64,000 nt of DNA, taken from contig CACDSA010000004.1 in assembly GCA_902555185.1 (NCBI GenBank), positions 93 through 64,092 on the forward strand, written 5' to 3'. This document shows positions 26,235 to 36,254 of the stretch, piece by piece. Position numbers and translations under genes: made by a program. Numbering within the stretch: position 1 is the stretch's first letter; each line of letters begins with the position of its first letter. The notes under the pieces are model-generated. The model saw nothing but the letters and a program-made list of their open reading frames with translations. It was not told the DNA's origin and did no database searches. The stretch is from an uncultured Pelagibacteraceae bacterium (GTDB taxonomy: Bacteria; Pseudomonadota; Alphaproteobacteria; Pelagibacterales; Pelagibacteraceae).

Positions 26235-28675
26235 AATTTAAAAATTTAGAAATGACAGGCTTTAAATCTTTTTCTGAAAAGACAACTGTTTTAATTGAAA
26301 AAGGGCTTACCGGTATAGTTGGACCAAATGGTTGTGGGAAGTCAAACATTGTTGAAGCGATTAGATGGTGTATGGGAGAGAATTCAGCAAAGAGTATGAG
26401 AGGGTCTGGAATGGAAGATGTAATTTTTTCTGGAACATCAAATCGACCGTCGAAAAATATATCCGAAGTGGCATTATTGATTGATAATCAAGAAAAAAAT
26501 GGTCCAGTTCAATATAAAGAATTCGATGAAATATTAGTAAAAAGAAAAATTGAAAAAGATAAAGGTTCTAAATATTATATTAATGATAAAGAAGTTAGGG
26601 CTAGAGACGTTCAAACTTTTTTTGCCGATCTATCAACAGGAGCACATTCTCCCTCATTAATAAGCCAAGGTCGAATTGGTCAATTGGTTATAGCTAAGCC
26701 GATTGAAAGAAAGTCTATACTTGAAGAAGCTGCAGGTATTTCGGGTATTCATGCTAGAAGACAAGAGGCTGAAACAAGATTAAACGCTGCAGAAAATAAT
26801 CTAAAAAGAGCGGATGAGTTAAAAAGACAACAACAAAAGCAACTTGACAGCCTTAAAAAACAAGCTGAGGAAGCAACTAGATATAAAGAAATTTCTAGCC
26901 AAATAAAAAAAATTGAAGCAGGTTTATATTTTTTAAAGATAAAAGATATCGAAAAAGATAAAAAAAAAATTAAAGAAAAATTAAGTGAACTCGATGATGA
27001 AATAAGCGCAATAAATATAGACTATAACCATAATAATACTCTTTTAGAGGAGGAGAATAAAAAACTAGCTCCCTTAAGGGATAAGAAAATGGAAAGTGCA
27101 GCAACTTTGCAAAAGTTAAATTTAGATATGACAAACCTTGTGGAAGAAGAGGTGAGAGTAAAGTCTTTACAAGAAAAACTTGAAAAGTCTATTAAAACTA
27201 TCGAGTCTGATCTTGATCGTGAAAAAAGTATATCGCTAGACGCTGATTTAAATGAAAAAAGAATTTCAAAAGAAAAAGAGGATCTTCTAAACACTGAAAA
27301 TAGGTTAATAGAAGTAGAAAAAAACTCTTCTAAAGAACTGCAATTATCAAAGACAGAGCTTAATACGCTACAAAGTAAATTAGACTCTATGTTAGATCAA
27401 ATTGAAGATGACATTGACAATAATAAAAAGCTAACAAGAGAAACTTTTATAGAATTAAAAAAACTTGTTAAGAGGATAACTCTCTCTCAGGAAGAATATG
27501 CTGAAAAATACGGAAAAAATAAATCAATTGAAAGTGACTCGATTAAGAGAAAAGAGAGGATAAAGAATATTGATATTGAGTTAGAAAATTGGAGGAATTT
27601 AAAAATAAATTCTGAGAAAATGATTTCAGAATTAAATGATAGAGCAGCTAAAATTAAACTTGAAATAAATGAAAACCAAAAAAACCCAGAAAGAATAGCA
27701 ACATCAAAGGGTCAAAATTTACAAAATCTTGAAAATATAAGAAAAAGAAATGAAGAAATAGAAAATGAGCTGATCGAGGCTGAAAAAAAATATAGCGCCA
27801 TTAATGAAAATCTCAGAGAAATTCAAATTAAACTTACAGATTTAAAAGAAAATAAAGCAAGAAATGAGGCTACAATAGAAGGTATTGAGAATAGAAAAAA
27901 AGATTTACTGTATTCAGTAAAAAATGAACTAAATATAGAAAGAGAGGACTCAATTCTTCCTCAATCTGATCTGAACGAAATTGAATTAGAAAATTTTCCC
28001 TCTATTGAGGAGCAAACAAATAAAATCGAAAAAACAAAAAAATTAAGAGAATCTCTTGGGTCTGTAAACCTTAGAGCAGACGAGGAAACAAAAAAATATG
28101 AGACTGATATAAAAAAAATGGAAGACGATAGAGCAGATCTTTATTCTGCGATTGTTAAATTAAAAACCAGTATTGATGAATTAAATCAAAAAGGAAGAGA
28201 GCGTTTATTAGACGCTTTTACAAAAGTTAACAGGAAATTTAATGAGGTTTATACAAAATTATTTAATGGCGGGACTGCAAAAATTGAATTAGTTGATTCT
28301 GATGATCCTCTCGAAGCAGGCTTAGAAATGTTTGTGTCTCCACCTGGAAAAAGACTTCAATCGATAACGTTACTCTCTGGGGGTGAGCAGGCGCTAACCG
28401 CCTTATCCCTTATATTTGCAGTTTTTTTGGTCAACCCGTCACCAATTTGTGTTTTAGACGAAGTTGATGCTCCCTTGGACGATGCAAATGTAACTAGATT
28501 TTGTGGATTGTTGGATGATCTTACAAAAATTACTAATACAAAATTTATTATAATCACCCACCATGCTTTAACAATGTCTAGAATGGATAGACTTTATGGT
28601 GTTACCATGGCTGAACAAGGAGTAAGTCAACTTGTTTCTGTTGATTTACAAAAAGCTGAAGAATTAGTAGCGTAA
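26231..28675 (+). CDS. smc: Chromosome segregation protein SMC (short, 814 aa)
   Basis: GFKSF, GPNGCGKSN, Q-loop ISQG, EEAAG, GSVNLRA, PPGK, LSGGEQ, LDEVDAPLD, IITH. Confidence 0.95.
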   Translation: MKFKNLEMTGFKSFSEKTTVLIEKGLTGIVGPNGCGKSNIVEAIRWCMGENSAKSMRGSGMEDVIFSGTSNRPSKNISEVALLIDNQEKNGPVQYKEFDEILVKRKIEKDKGSKYYINDKEVRARDVQTFFADLSTGAHSPSLISQGRIGQLVIAKPIERKSILEEAAGISGIHARRQEAETRLNAAENNLKRADELKRQQQKQLDSLKKQAEEATRYKEISSQIKKIEAGLYFLKIKDIEKDKKKIKEKLSELDDEISAINIDYNHNNTLLEEENKKLAPLRDKKMESAATLQKLNLDMTNLVEEEVRVKSLQEKLEKSIKTIESDLDREKSISLDADLNEKRISKEKEDLLNTENRLIEVEKNSSKELQLSKTELNTLQSKLDSMLDQIEDDIDNNKKLTRETFIELKKLVKRITLSQEEYAEKYGKNKSIESDSIKRKERIKNIDIELENWRNLKINSEKMISELNDRAAKIKLEINENQKNPERIATSKGQNLQNLENIRKRNEEIENELIEAEKKYSAINENLREIQIKLTDLKENKARNEATIEGIENRKKDLLYSVKNELNIEREDSILPQSDLNEIELENFPSIEEQTNKIEKTKKLRESLGSVNLRADEETKKYETDIKKMEDDRADLYSAIVKLKTSIDELNQKGRERLLDAFTKVNRKFNEVYTKLFNGGTAKIELVDSDDPLEAGLEMFVSPPGKRLQSITLLSGGEQALTALSLIFAVFLVNPSPICVLDEVDAPLDDANVTRFCGLLDDLTKITNTKFIIITHHALTMSRMDRLYGVTMAEQGVSQLVSVDLQKAEELVA

Positions 28676-28684
28676 ATAATTATA

Positions 28685-28969
28685 ATGACAATACCTGAAG
28701 ATTTTAAAACTCGCCTAAAAATTGCAAAATCAAAAGTAAAAAAACAACTTGATAATGATAACGAGAAACGTGGGTCGTTTATGGGTAATGCCTTTAAATT
28801 AGGCACTGAATTTGTTGCTTCTGTTGCAGTTGGGACAATAATTGGGTTTATTTTAGATAGCTGGTTTGATACTAAACCTTGGTTAATAATTATTTTCTTT
28901 TTTCTGGGAACTGCAGCTGGCATGCTAAATGTGATAAGAGCTGCTAATAGAATGCAGAAAGAGGACTAG
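28685..28969 (+). CDS. atpI: ATP synthase protein I (AtpZ/AtpI)
   Basis: VGTIIGFILDSWFDTKPW; first gene of the F0 operon. Confidence 0.9.
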   Translation: MTIPEDFKTRLKIAKSKVKKQLDNDNEKRGSFMGNAFKLGTEFVASVAVGTIIGFILDSWFDTKPWLIIIFFFLGTAAGMLNVIRAANRMQKED

Positions 28970-28978
28970 AAAGTTTAT

Positions 28979-29713
28979 ATGGCAAGCAACCCAATGCAAC
29001 AGTTTACAGTCCACAGAATTGGACCAGAAATTAAAATAGCTGGAATTGATTTGTCTTTTACTAATGCAAGTTTATTTATGGTTATTAGTGCATCGACGAT
29101 TCTTATGTTTTTATTTTTTGGCACTAAAGAAAAAAAAATTATTCCTAGTCAAATACAGTTAATTGCAGAAATGTTTTATACTTTTGTGGCTAAGATGATT
29201 AGTGATACTGCTGGATCCAAAGCAAAACCTTACTTTCCATTTATATTTAGTCTTTTTATGTTTGTATTATTTTGCAACATGGTAGGTATGCTTCCATACT
29301 CTTTTACTGTCACAAGCCATATAATTGTTACTCTGATAATGGCTTTATTTATATTTGTAGCCGTCACAATAATAGGTTTCATAAAACACGGTTTTAAATA
29401 CTTGAGTATTTTTGTGCCTAGTGGAGTGCCTGCTGTTCTATTGCCATTAATTACTATCATAGAAATTATTTCTTATTTAAGTAGGCCAGTAAGTTTATCA
29501 GTTCGTTTATTTGCTAATATGATGGCTGGACACACAATGTTAAAAGTCTTTGGAGGTTTTGTAGTAAGTTTAGGAATATTAGGTGGATGGTTACCACTTA
29601 GTTTTTCAGTGGCATTAACTGGCTTAGAAATATTGGTAGCTTTTTTGCAAGCTTATGTTTTTGCAATATTAACCTGCATCTATTTAAATGATGCATTAAA
29701 TTTACACCATTAA
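28979..29713 (+). CDS. atpB: ATP synthase subunit a
   Basis: RPVSLSVRLFANMMAGH, LQAYVF. Confidence 0.98.
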   Translation: MASNPMQQFTVHRIGPEIKIAGIDLSFTNASLFMVISASTILMFLFFGTKEKKIIPSQIQLIAEMFYTFVAKMISDTAGSKAKPYFPFIFSLFMFVLFCNMVGMLPYSFTVTSHIIVTLIMALFIFVAVTIIGFIKHGFKYLSIFVPSGVPAVLLPLITIIEIISYLSRPVSLSVRLFANMMAGHTMLKVFGGFVVSLGILGGWLPLSFSVALTGLEILVAFLQAYVFAILTCIYLNDALNLHH

Positions 29714-29717
29714 AAAA

Positions 29718-29723
29718 AGGAGG
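29718..29723 (+). promoter_or_regulatory. Strong Shine-Dalgarno (AGGAGG) of atpE
   Basis: AGGAGG 4 nt before the ATG, fitting the high stoichiometry of subunit c. Confidence 0.75.
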
Positions 29724-29727
29724 AAAA

Positions 29728-29955
29728 ATGGAGTTAGAAGCGGCAAAAATGATTGGAGCGGGACTTGCTGCAATCGCATTGGCTGGAGCTGGTGTAGGTA
29801 TCGGGATTATTTTCGGTAACTATCTTTCTGGAGCAATGAGAAATCCATCTGCAGCTCAAAAACAATTCCCTAACTTATTGCTAGGGTTTGCTTTAGCTGA
29901 AGCAACTGGATTGTTTGGATTAGTAGTAGCTTTAATTATTTTATTTGCATTTTAG
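29728..29955 (+). CDS. atpE: ATP synthase subunit c
   Basis: GAGVGIG, RNP loop, GFALAEA. Confidence 0.98.
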   Translation: MELEAAKMIGAGLAAIALAGAGVGIGIIFGNYLSGAMRNPSAAQKQFPNLLLGFALAEATGLFGLVVALIILFAF

Positions 29956-29965
29956 TAAATTAAAT

Positions 29966-30541
29966 ATGAGAAGTTTAATAAGTTTAATAATAGCACTCGT
30001 AGTTATTAATACGAATTTGTATGCAGCTGAGGCCGGAATGCCTCAGCTAGACCCAACTTATTGGGCTTCTCAAGCTTTTTGGTTAATATTAGTCTTTGCG
30101 GTTCTTTATATTTCAATATCAAAATTTTATTTACCAAAAATTAAAGATAATTTGGATAACAGGGAAAGTAAAATAAAAGAGGATTTAGAAAACGCAAGTA
30201 AATTTAAAGAACAATCTGAAACAAAAATGAGAGAATATTTACTTATAATAGAAAATGCCAAAAAAGAAGTTTCTAAGATACATTTTGAATCAAAAAATAA
30301 TCTTGATAAGAATATTAAGTCAAAAAAAGAAGCAATGGAAAAAGAAATTGAGACTGAAATTTTAAAAGCAAAAAAAGAAATAGTTGACCTTAAAAAAGGC
30401 TCTATATCTTCTATTCAAATAATCTCCGAAAATATAGTTTCTAGTATTATTGAAAATATCTCAGGTGATAGACTCAATGAAAGCAGCATTAAAGCAACAG
30501 TCGAAGATGTTTCAAAAAAGAATATTGGCAAATACTTATGA
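29966..30541 (+). CDS. ATP synthase subunit b'
   Basis: GMPQLD..ASQAFWL; ATG at 29966 preferred. Confidence 0.92.
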   Translation: MRSLISLIIALVVINTNLYAAEAGMPQLDPTYWASQAFWLILVFAVLYISISKFYLPKIKDNLDNRESKIKEDLENASKFKEQSETKMREYLLIIENAKKEVSKIHFESKNNLDKNIKSKKEAMEKEIETEILKAKKEIVDLKKGSISSIQIISENIVSSIIENISGDRLNESSIKATVEDVSKKNIGKYL

Positions 30542-31035
30542 CAATTGATGCAACTTTTTGGGTAACAATCTCCTTCTTTATTTTTTTAGGAATTTTAATA
30601 TATTTTAAGATACCTCAAAGAGTAAAAAAAGCTCTTGAACAAAATATTTTGAATATAAAAAATCAAATTTCTGAAGCGGAGAAACTTAAGGAAGATGCAA
30701 AAAATATTTTAACGGAACAAGAAAAAAAAATTAGTAATTCAACAAATGAAGTGAATGAAATGATAAATAAGGCTAATGAAGAAGCAGAGTCAAACATCAT
30801 TAGAGCTAACAAAGAGTTTCACAACCTCATGGAGAATAGAAAAAAAAATGCTGAAGAGAAAATAAGACAACTTAAAAATCAAGCTGTGAAAGATATAAAG
30901 AATGCCTCTGTTAAGATAGCTATAGAGTCAGTCGAAAAATTGATTAAAAACTCTCTAGATAAAAGCAAATTAGATAAAATTTATAGTTCTAGTATAGAAG
31001 AAACAAAATTAGCACTTAAGAAAAAATCCAGTTAG
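30538..31035 (+). CDS. atpF: ATP synthase subunit b
   Basis: DATFWVTISF TM followed by coiled coil. Confidence 0.93.
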   Translation: MTIDATFWVTISFFIFLGILIYFKIPQRVKKALEQNILNIKNQISEAEKLKEDAKNILTEQEKKISNSTNEVNEMINKANEEAESNIIRANKEFHNLMENRKKNAEEKIRQLKNQAVKDIKNASVKIAIESVEKLIKNSLDKSKLDKIYSSSIEETKLALKKKSS

Positions 31036-31052
31036 TATAGGCCAAAAATAAA

Positions 31053-32519
31053 ATGGCAAAAAAAACAACTGTTATTGGTTCAGGTTTCGGAGGACTGGCT
31101 GCTGCACTTAGATTAAAAGCTAAAGGCCATAAAGTTACTTTAGTAGAAAAACATCCTGATTTAGGGGGTCGGGCAAGAGTTTTTAAAAAAGATCAGTTTA
31201 TTTACGACGGTGGTCCAACAGTAATAACTGCACCATACCTATTTGAAGAATTATTTTCGCTATTTAATAAAAATATTTCCGACTATGTGAAAATAGTGCC
31301 TTTAGATTTATGGTATAGATTCGTATTCAGTAACGGGGATACATTTGATTACAATGGTGATGATAAATCTATGGAGGAACAAGTTAAAAAGTTTAACCCT
31401 AGAGATTATAACGGATATAAAAATTTAGTAAATTTTACTGAAAAAATCTTTGACAAGGGTTTTACGGATTTATCTGACAAACCCTTTAATAATTTGGTCT
31501 TTATGATGAAACAAATTCCATCTTTATTAAAATTAAAAAGTTATAAGTCAGTCTATAGTTTAGTTTCGAACTATATATCTGATGAAAAATTAAGAAGAGT
31601 CTTTAGTATGCACCCTCTATTAGTAGGTGGAAATCCTTTTAGTACTACTTCGATATATGCTTTGATTTTATTTTTAGAGAAGAAATGGGGCATCCATTAC
31701 TCAATGGGAGGAACAGGAAGTGTTGTTAAAGCTTTAGAAAAACTTATGATTGAGGAAAATATAAAAATTATTAAAAACGCTGAAGTTACAGAAATACTTA
31801 CAGAAAATAAAAAAGTAAAGGGTATTAAAATAAATAATTCCAAAATAATAAATAGCGACTATGTAATTTGTAACTCTGATCCCCCGAATGTTTATAACAA
31901 CTTAATAAAATCAAAAGAGGATTATGATTTTTTATTTAAGCAAAAAATGAAAAGAATGGATTATTCAATGGGATTATTTGTTTATTATTTTGGCTCTAAA
32001 AAAAAATATAGCGATGTTGCTCATCATACAATTTATTTTGGAGAAGCTTATGAAAAACATCTTGATCAAATATTTGAAAAGAAAATACTTTCTGATGATA
32101 TAAGTTATTATTTGCATAGACCATCTGCAACAGATCCTAATATGGCCCCAGAGGGGCAAGATGCTTTTTATGTATTGGTTCCAGTCCCAAATAATTTATC
32201 TAAAGTAAATTGGATCGAAGAAGGTGATAAATTCAAAGATTTAGTTTTACATAAAATGGATAAAACTGTTCTTCCTGGTATTAAGGAGAATGTGGTAAGC
32301 GATTTTTATTTAACACCTGATTACTTCGAAATAGATCTAGCAACCCTTTATGGATCCGGATTTTCAATTCAGCCAAAATTTTCTCAGTCAGCTTATTTTA
32401 GATTTCATAATCAATCTGAAATATATAAAAATCTTTATTTTGTTGGTGCGGGCACACATCCGGGTGCTGGTATGCCAGGGGTTCTTTCATCAGCAAAAGT
32501 TTTAGACAAATTATTTTAA
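31053..32519 (+). CDS. crtI: Phytoene desaturase
   Basis: GSGFGG, DGGPTVIT, HPLLVGGNPF, GAGTHPGAGMPGV. Confidence 0.96.
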   Translation: MAKKTTVIGSGFGGLAAALRLKAKGHKVTLVEKHPDLGGRARVFKKDQFIYDGGPTVITAPYLFEELFSLFNKNISDYVKIVPLDLWYRFVFSNGDTFDYNGDDKSMEEQVKKFNPRDYNGYKNLVNFTEKIFDKGFTDLSDKPFNNLVFMMKQIPSLLKLKSYKSVYSLVSNYISDEKLRRVFSMHPLLVGGNPFSTTSIYALILFLEKKWGIHYSMGGTGSVVKALEKLMIEENIKIIKNAEVTEILTENKKVKGIKINNSKIINSDYVICNSDPPNVYNNLIKSKEDYDFLFKQKMKRMDYSMGLFVYYFGSKKKYSDVAHHTIYFGEAYEKHLDQIFEKKILSDDISYYLHRPSATDPNMAPEGQDAFYVLVPVPNNLSKVNWIEEGDKFKDLVLHKMDKTVLPGIKENVVSDFYLTPDYFEIDLATLYGSGFSIQPKFSQSAYFRFHNQSEIYKNLYFVGAGTHPGAGMPGVLSSAKVLDKLF

Positions 32520-33367
32520 TGAAAAGTGATTTATTAAAAAAACATGCTAAATCTTTTTATTGGGCAAGTTTTTTTCTTTCGAGTAATACATTAGATAAAT
32601 GTTCATCATTATATAATTTCTGTAGAACATTAGACGATATAGTTGATGATGATAATAATCTTAGTGTAAAGAAAGAAAATTTCTCAAAGTTTAAAAAAGA
32701 TTTTGAGAATAAAAATCTAGATAATCAGATTATAAAAGATATATGGTCAGTTATTGATAGTGAAAATATTTCTAAACAAATAATAATAGATTTATTTGAT
32801 GGAGTTGAAACAGACTTAGAGGAAAAAGTAGTGATTAATTCAAAAAAAGAATTGCTTGTTTACTCTTATAGAGTAGCAGGAACTGTCGGAATAATGATGT
32901 CAAAAATAATGAAAGTAAAAAATAAAGAGGCTCTAAAGGGCGCGATTGATTTAGGGATAGCTATGCAACTTACTAATATTGCTAGAGATGTTTGTGAAGA
33001 TAAAGCGCGTAATAGACAATATGTTAAACACGATTTTTCATCAATTCGAGCTATTATAAATGAGTCTCAAACATTCTACGAAAAATCATTTACATCTATT
33101 AGCAGCATACCAATTAAATCTAGATTTTCAGTTATTGTCGCAAGACGAGTTTATAGAAAAATAGGTGACTATATTCTCAAACAAAATAATATAGATAATT
33201 ACAATAAAGCCGGCAAAATCTATGTCCCGGTATTTGAAAAAATAATTCAGACTTTTTTATCTATTATTGACTTTATTAAGTTATTATTCATAAAAAATTT
33301 AAATTACAACAATCAATTAAATCATAATATTTTAGAACAAGAGATTAATTTAAATGAAAGAATTTGA
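32519..33367 (+). CDS. crtB: Phytoene synthase
   Basis: AKSF, FCRTLDDIVD, YRVAGTVG, QLTNIARDVCED. Confidence 0.94.
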   Translation: MKSDLLKKHAKSFYWASFFLSSNTLDKCSSLYNFCRTLDDIVDDDNNLSVKKENFSKFKKDFENKNLDNQIIKDIWSVIDSENISKQIIIDLFDGVETDLEEKVVINSKKELLVYSYRVAGTVGIMMSKIMKVKNKEALKGAIDLGIAMQLTNIARDVCEDKARNRQYVKHDFSSIRAIINESQTFYEKSFTSISSIPIKSRFSVIVARRVYRKIGDYILKQNNIDNYNKAGKIYVPVFEKIIQTFLSIIDFIKLLFIKNLNYNNQLNHNILEQEINLNERI

Positions 33368-34421
33368 TTATATTATTTTTGGAGGTGGCTGTGCAGGGTT
33401 ATCCTTGGCCTATGAACTTGAAATAAATGATAAGTTAAAAGATAAAACTTTAGCAATAATTGAAACCCGTGAAGAGTATAAGAGAGACAAAACTTGGTCC
33501 TTCTGGAAAGTATTTGATCATAATTTTGAAGATTGTGTAATTAAAAGTTGGAATAATTTTACAATTAATACTTCTGAAAACTCTAATGAATTAACAAATA
33601 ATAAATTTCCTTACCAAAGTATCGATAGTGGAAAATTTTATAAAAAGATAAATTCTAAACTCTCCACAAATTCCAATATTAGCTTTTTCAGAAATCTAAA
33701 CGAAATCGACTCAGAAAATTCAATAATTTTTAATAGCATTTTTGAAAAAAAATTTGATAAATCTAAGTTATGGCAACACTTTCAAGGTATCGAGATAGAG
33801 ACACCTAAGAACATTTTTGATGAGGAAATAATAAACTTAATGGATTTTAATTGTGATCAGAGAAAAGATGTACATTTTTTCTACTCATTGCCATTCAGCA
33901 AAAACAAAGCCTTGATTGAAACTACTTGGTTATCAAATTTAGAGGATCAGAGCCTCAGAGATTATGACCTTCAGTTAGAAAATTATATTGTAAATAATCT
34001 AGGTATAAAAAACTATAAAATAAATTTTACTGAAAAAGGAGCTATACCACTCTTCTCTCCATCATTAAGAAATAATAATAAAACAATTAATATTGGTTCA
34101 GCTGGCGGGATGACTCGGTTAAGCACAGGTTACACTTTTTTGAACATTCAAGAACATAGTCGTTATATTGTTAAAAATATTGAAAATATTAATAAAGCAA
34201 AAATATTCTCTATAGGAAAAAAGTATCAATTTTTAGATAAAGTATTTCTTAGAGTATTAGAAAAACATCCCGAAAAGATGCCTAAAATTTTTTTTAATAT
34301 GTTTAAAACTTCTTCAAATACAATTATAAAATTTTTATCAAATAAAAGTAATATTATTGAAGACATAAATATTGTTAGCAAAATGCCGAAATTAATTTTT
34401 TTAAAAGCATTGTTTAATTAA
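33354..34421 (+). CDS. crtY: Lycopene beta-cyclase
   Basis: GGGCAGLSLA, DKTWSFW, LMDF, EKGAIP, STGY. Confidence 0.9.
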   Translation: MKEFDYIIFGGGCAGLSLAYELEINDKLKDKTLAIIETREEYKRDKTWSFWKVFDHNFEDCVIKSWNNFTINTSENSNELTNNKFPYQSIDSGKFYKKINSKLSTNSNISFFRNLNEIDSENSIIFNSIFEKKFDKSKLWQHFQGIEIETPKNIFDEEIINLMDFNCDQRKDVHFFYSLPFSKNKALIETTWLSNLEDQSLRDYDLQLENYIVNNLGIKNYKINFTEKGAIPLFSPSLRNNNKTINIGSAGGMTRLSTGYTFLNIQEHSRYIVKNIENINKAKIFSIGKKYQFLDKVFLRVLEKHPEKMPKIFFNMFKTSSNTIIKFLSNKSNIIEDINIVSKMPKLIFLKALFN

Positions 34422-35326
34422 TGGAAAATATTAACTTTAAGCACTCAATTATATTTTTTAATTTTTGTATTTTGATAAGTCCTCTTTATCTAATGCTCAA
34501 TTTTGAACCAGTTATATTTTGTTTATTTTTAATTTTAATTTTGGGAATTTCTCACGGTGCATTAGATAATATCAAAGGAAAAAAGCTTATAAAATTATTT
34601 GGATACGAACAAATAATATCCTTTTATCTTGCCTATATATTTATTTCATCATCGATAATAATATTCTGGATGATATTTCCTAATACAATTTTATTGCTAT
34701 TTTTGATTGTGGCCGCCTATCATTTTGGAAAAGAAGATACGGTATTTTATTTTAGAAAAAAGTTTTTCATATCTGAGTGTTTATTCTTCTTTAAAGGATC
34801 AACAGTAATTATCGCGCCGTTATTATTAAAGAGAGAAGAAACTAATGAAATATTTAGGATTCTAAATTTTAAAGTTTTTGAGGCAGAATTTTTTAGTAAT
34901 GAATTTTTAATTGCAATGTTATGTATTGGTTTTTTATCATCTATTTATATTTCAAAAAAAGAAAATACAAATCTAAAAGGTGTCATGATCATGGACTTCT
35001 TTTCTTTAATAATACTGAATTTTTTTTTATCGCCTATTTTAGCTTTCACTCTTTACTTTTGTTTTCTCCACTCAATTAGGCATTCGATTACTCTTATTTT
35101 TGAGTTGGATAGATCTTTCAAGCCGGGAGTTAAAAAATTTATAAATAAAGCTATCCCTTTAACTTTTGTAACTGCAGTAATATTTTTATTTACAATATAT
35201 TTTTTAAATAATTTTTATAAGCTTGATGAGGCTATTTATAAGGTAATATTTATTGGTTTGGCGTCACTTACTTTTCCGCATATATTGTTAGAATATCTTT
35301 TAGAAAAAAATGAAAAAAGAACTTAA
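34421..35326 (+). CDS. blh: Beta-carotene 15,15'-dioxygenase (Brp/Blh)
   Basis: GISHGALD, YHFG, HSIRH, LTFPH; multi-TM; follows crtIBY. Confidence 0.94.
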   Translation: MENINFKHSIIFFNFCILISPLYLMLNFEPVIFCLFLILILGISHGALDNIKGKKLIKLFGYEQIISFYLAYIFISSSIIIFWMIFPNTILLLFLIVAAYHFGKEDTVFYFRKKFFISECLFFFKGSTVIIAPLLLKREETNEIFRILNFKVFEAEFFSNEFLIAMLCIGFLSSIYISKKENTNLKGVMIMDFFSLIILNFFLSPILAFTLYFCFLHSIRHSITLIFELDRSFKPGVKKFINKAIPLTFVTAVIFLFTIYFLNNFYKLDEAIYKVIFIGLASLTFPHILLEYLLEKNEKRT

Positions 35327-36254
35327 AATTTATTTAGCATCACCACGAGGATTTTGTGCTGGTGTTAAAAGAGCAATTGAAATAGTTGAAAAATCTATCA
35401 GCAAGTTTGGAGCTCCAGTATATGTTCGTCATGAAATAGTGCACAATAAACAGGTTGTTGAAGAGTTAAAAGAAAAAGGTGCAATTTTCGTTGATGAATT
35501 ATCTGACGTAGATGATACAAGTAGACCTATAATCTTCTCAGCTCATGGAGTACCAAAGTCAGTTCCAGAAGAGGCTAAATTAAAAAATTTATCCTTTGTA
35601 GATGCAACTTGTCCATTAGTTTCAAAAGTACACAGGGAGTCAGAACAATTAAATAAAAATGGTTTCGATATACTATTAATCGGACACAAAAATCACCCTG
35701 AAGTTATTGGAACGATGGGTCAGCTTCCAAAAGGATCGATTAAACTAATTGAGACTAAATGTGATGTTGATCTGCTAAAAGAAAACGATTTTAAAAAACC
35801 ACTTGCATATATTACTCAAACAACACTGTCCGTAGATGATACAGCTGAAATAATTGAAGCTCTTAAAAATAAGTTTCCAAAAATTAAAGGGCCTATTAAA
35901 GAGGATATATGTTACGCAACTACTAACAGACAGTCCGCAGTAAAAGAGATAGCTTCCAAGTGTGATATGTTTTTTGTAGTGGGTAGTCGTAACTCTTCTA
36001 ATTCTGTCAGATTAGTTGAAGTTGCAAAAAAAGCGGGTTGTAATAATTCTCATTTGATGCATTCTGAAAAAGAAATTCCTTTTAATGAAATAGAAAATTC
36101 TGAGACTATCGGAATATCCTCTGGGGCATCTGCACCAGAAAAGCTTGTTCAAACTTTGTTGAAAAGTTTAAGAAAAGATAGAAATGTTTCTATTGAAGAA
36201 GTAATAGTTGCGGAAGAAAAGGTTATATTTAAATTGCCGAGAGAACTCAATTAA
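35310..36254 (+). CDS. ispH: 4-hydroxy-3-methylbut-2-enyl diphosphate reductase
   Basis: PRGFCAGV, DATCPLV, ICYATTNRQ, SSNS. Confidence 0.98.
   Translation: MKKELKIYLASPRGFCAGVKRAIEIVEKSISKFGAPVYVRHEIVHNKQVVEELKEKGAIFVDELSDVDDTSRPIIFSAHGVPKSVPEEAKLKNLSFVDATCPLVSKVHRESEQLNKNGFDILLIGHKNHPEVIGTMGQLPKGSIKLIETKCDVDLLKENDFKKPLAYITQTTLSVDDTAEIIEALKNKFPKIKGPIKEDICYATTNRQSAVKEIASKCDMFFVVGSRNSSNSVRLVEVAKKAGCNNSHLMHSEKEIPFNEIENSETIGISSGASAPEKLVQTLLKSLRKDRNVSIEEVIVAEEKVIFKLPRELN

Noticed and set aside
26231-28675. SMC-like ATPase as Wadjet/MksB/SbcC/RecN or another defence system
   Set aside because: Head motifs and mutY-DUF721-dsbA-smc-atp synteny fit housekeeping SMC; no partner genes are nearby.
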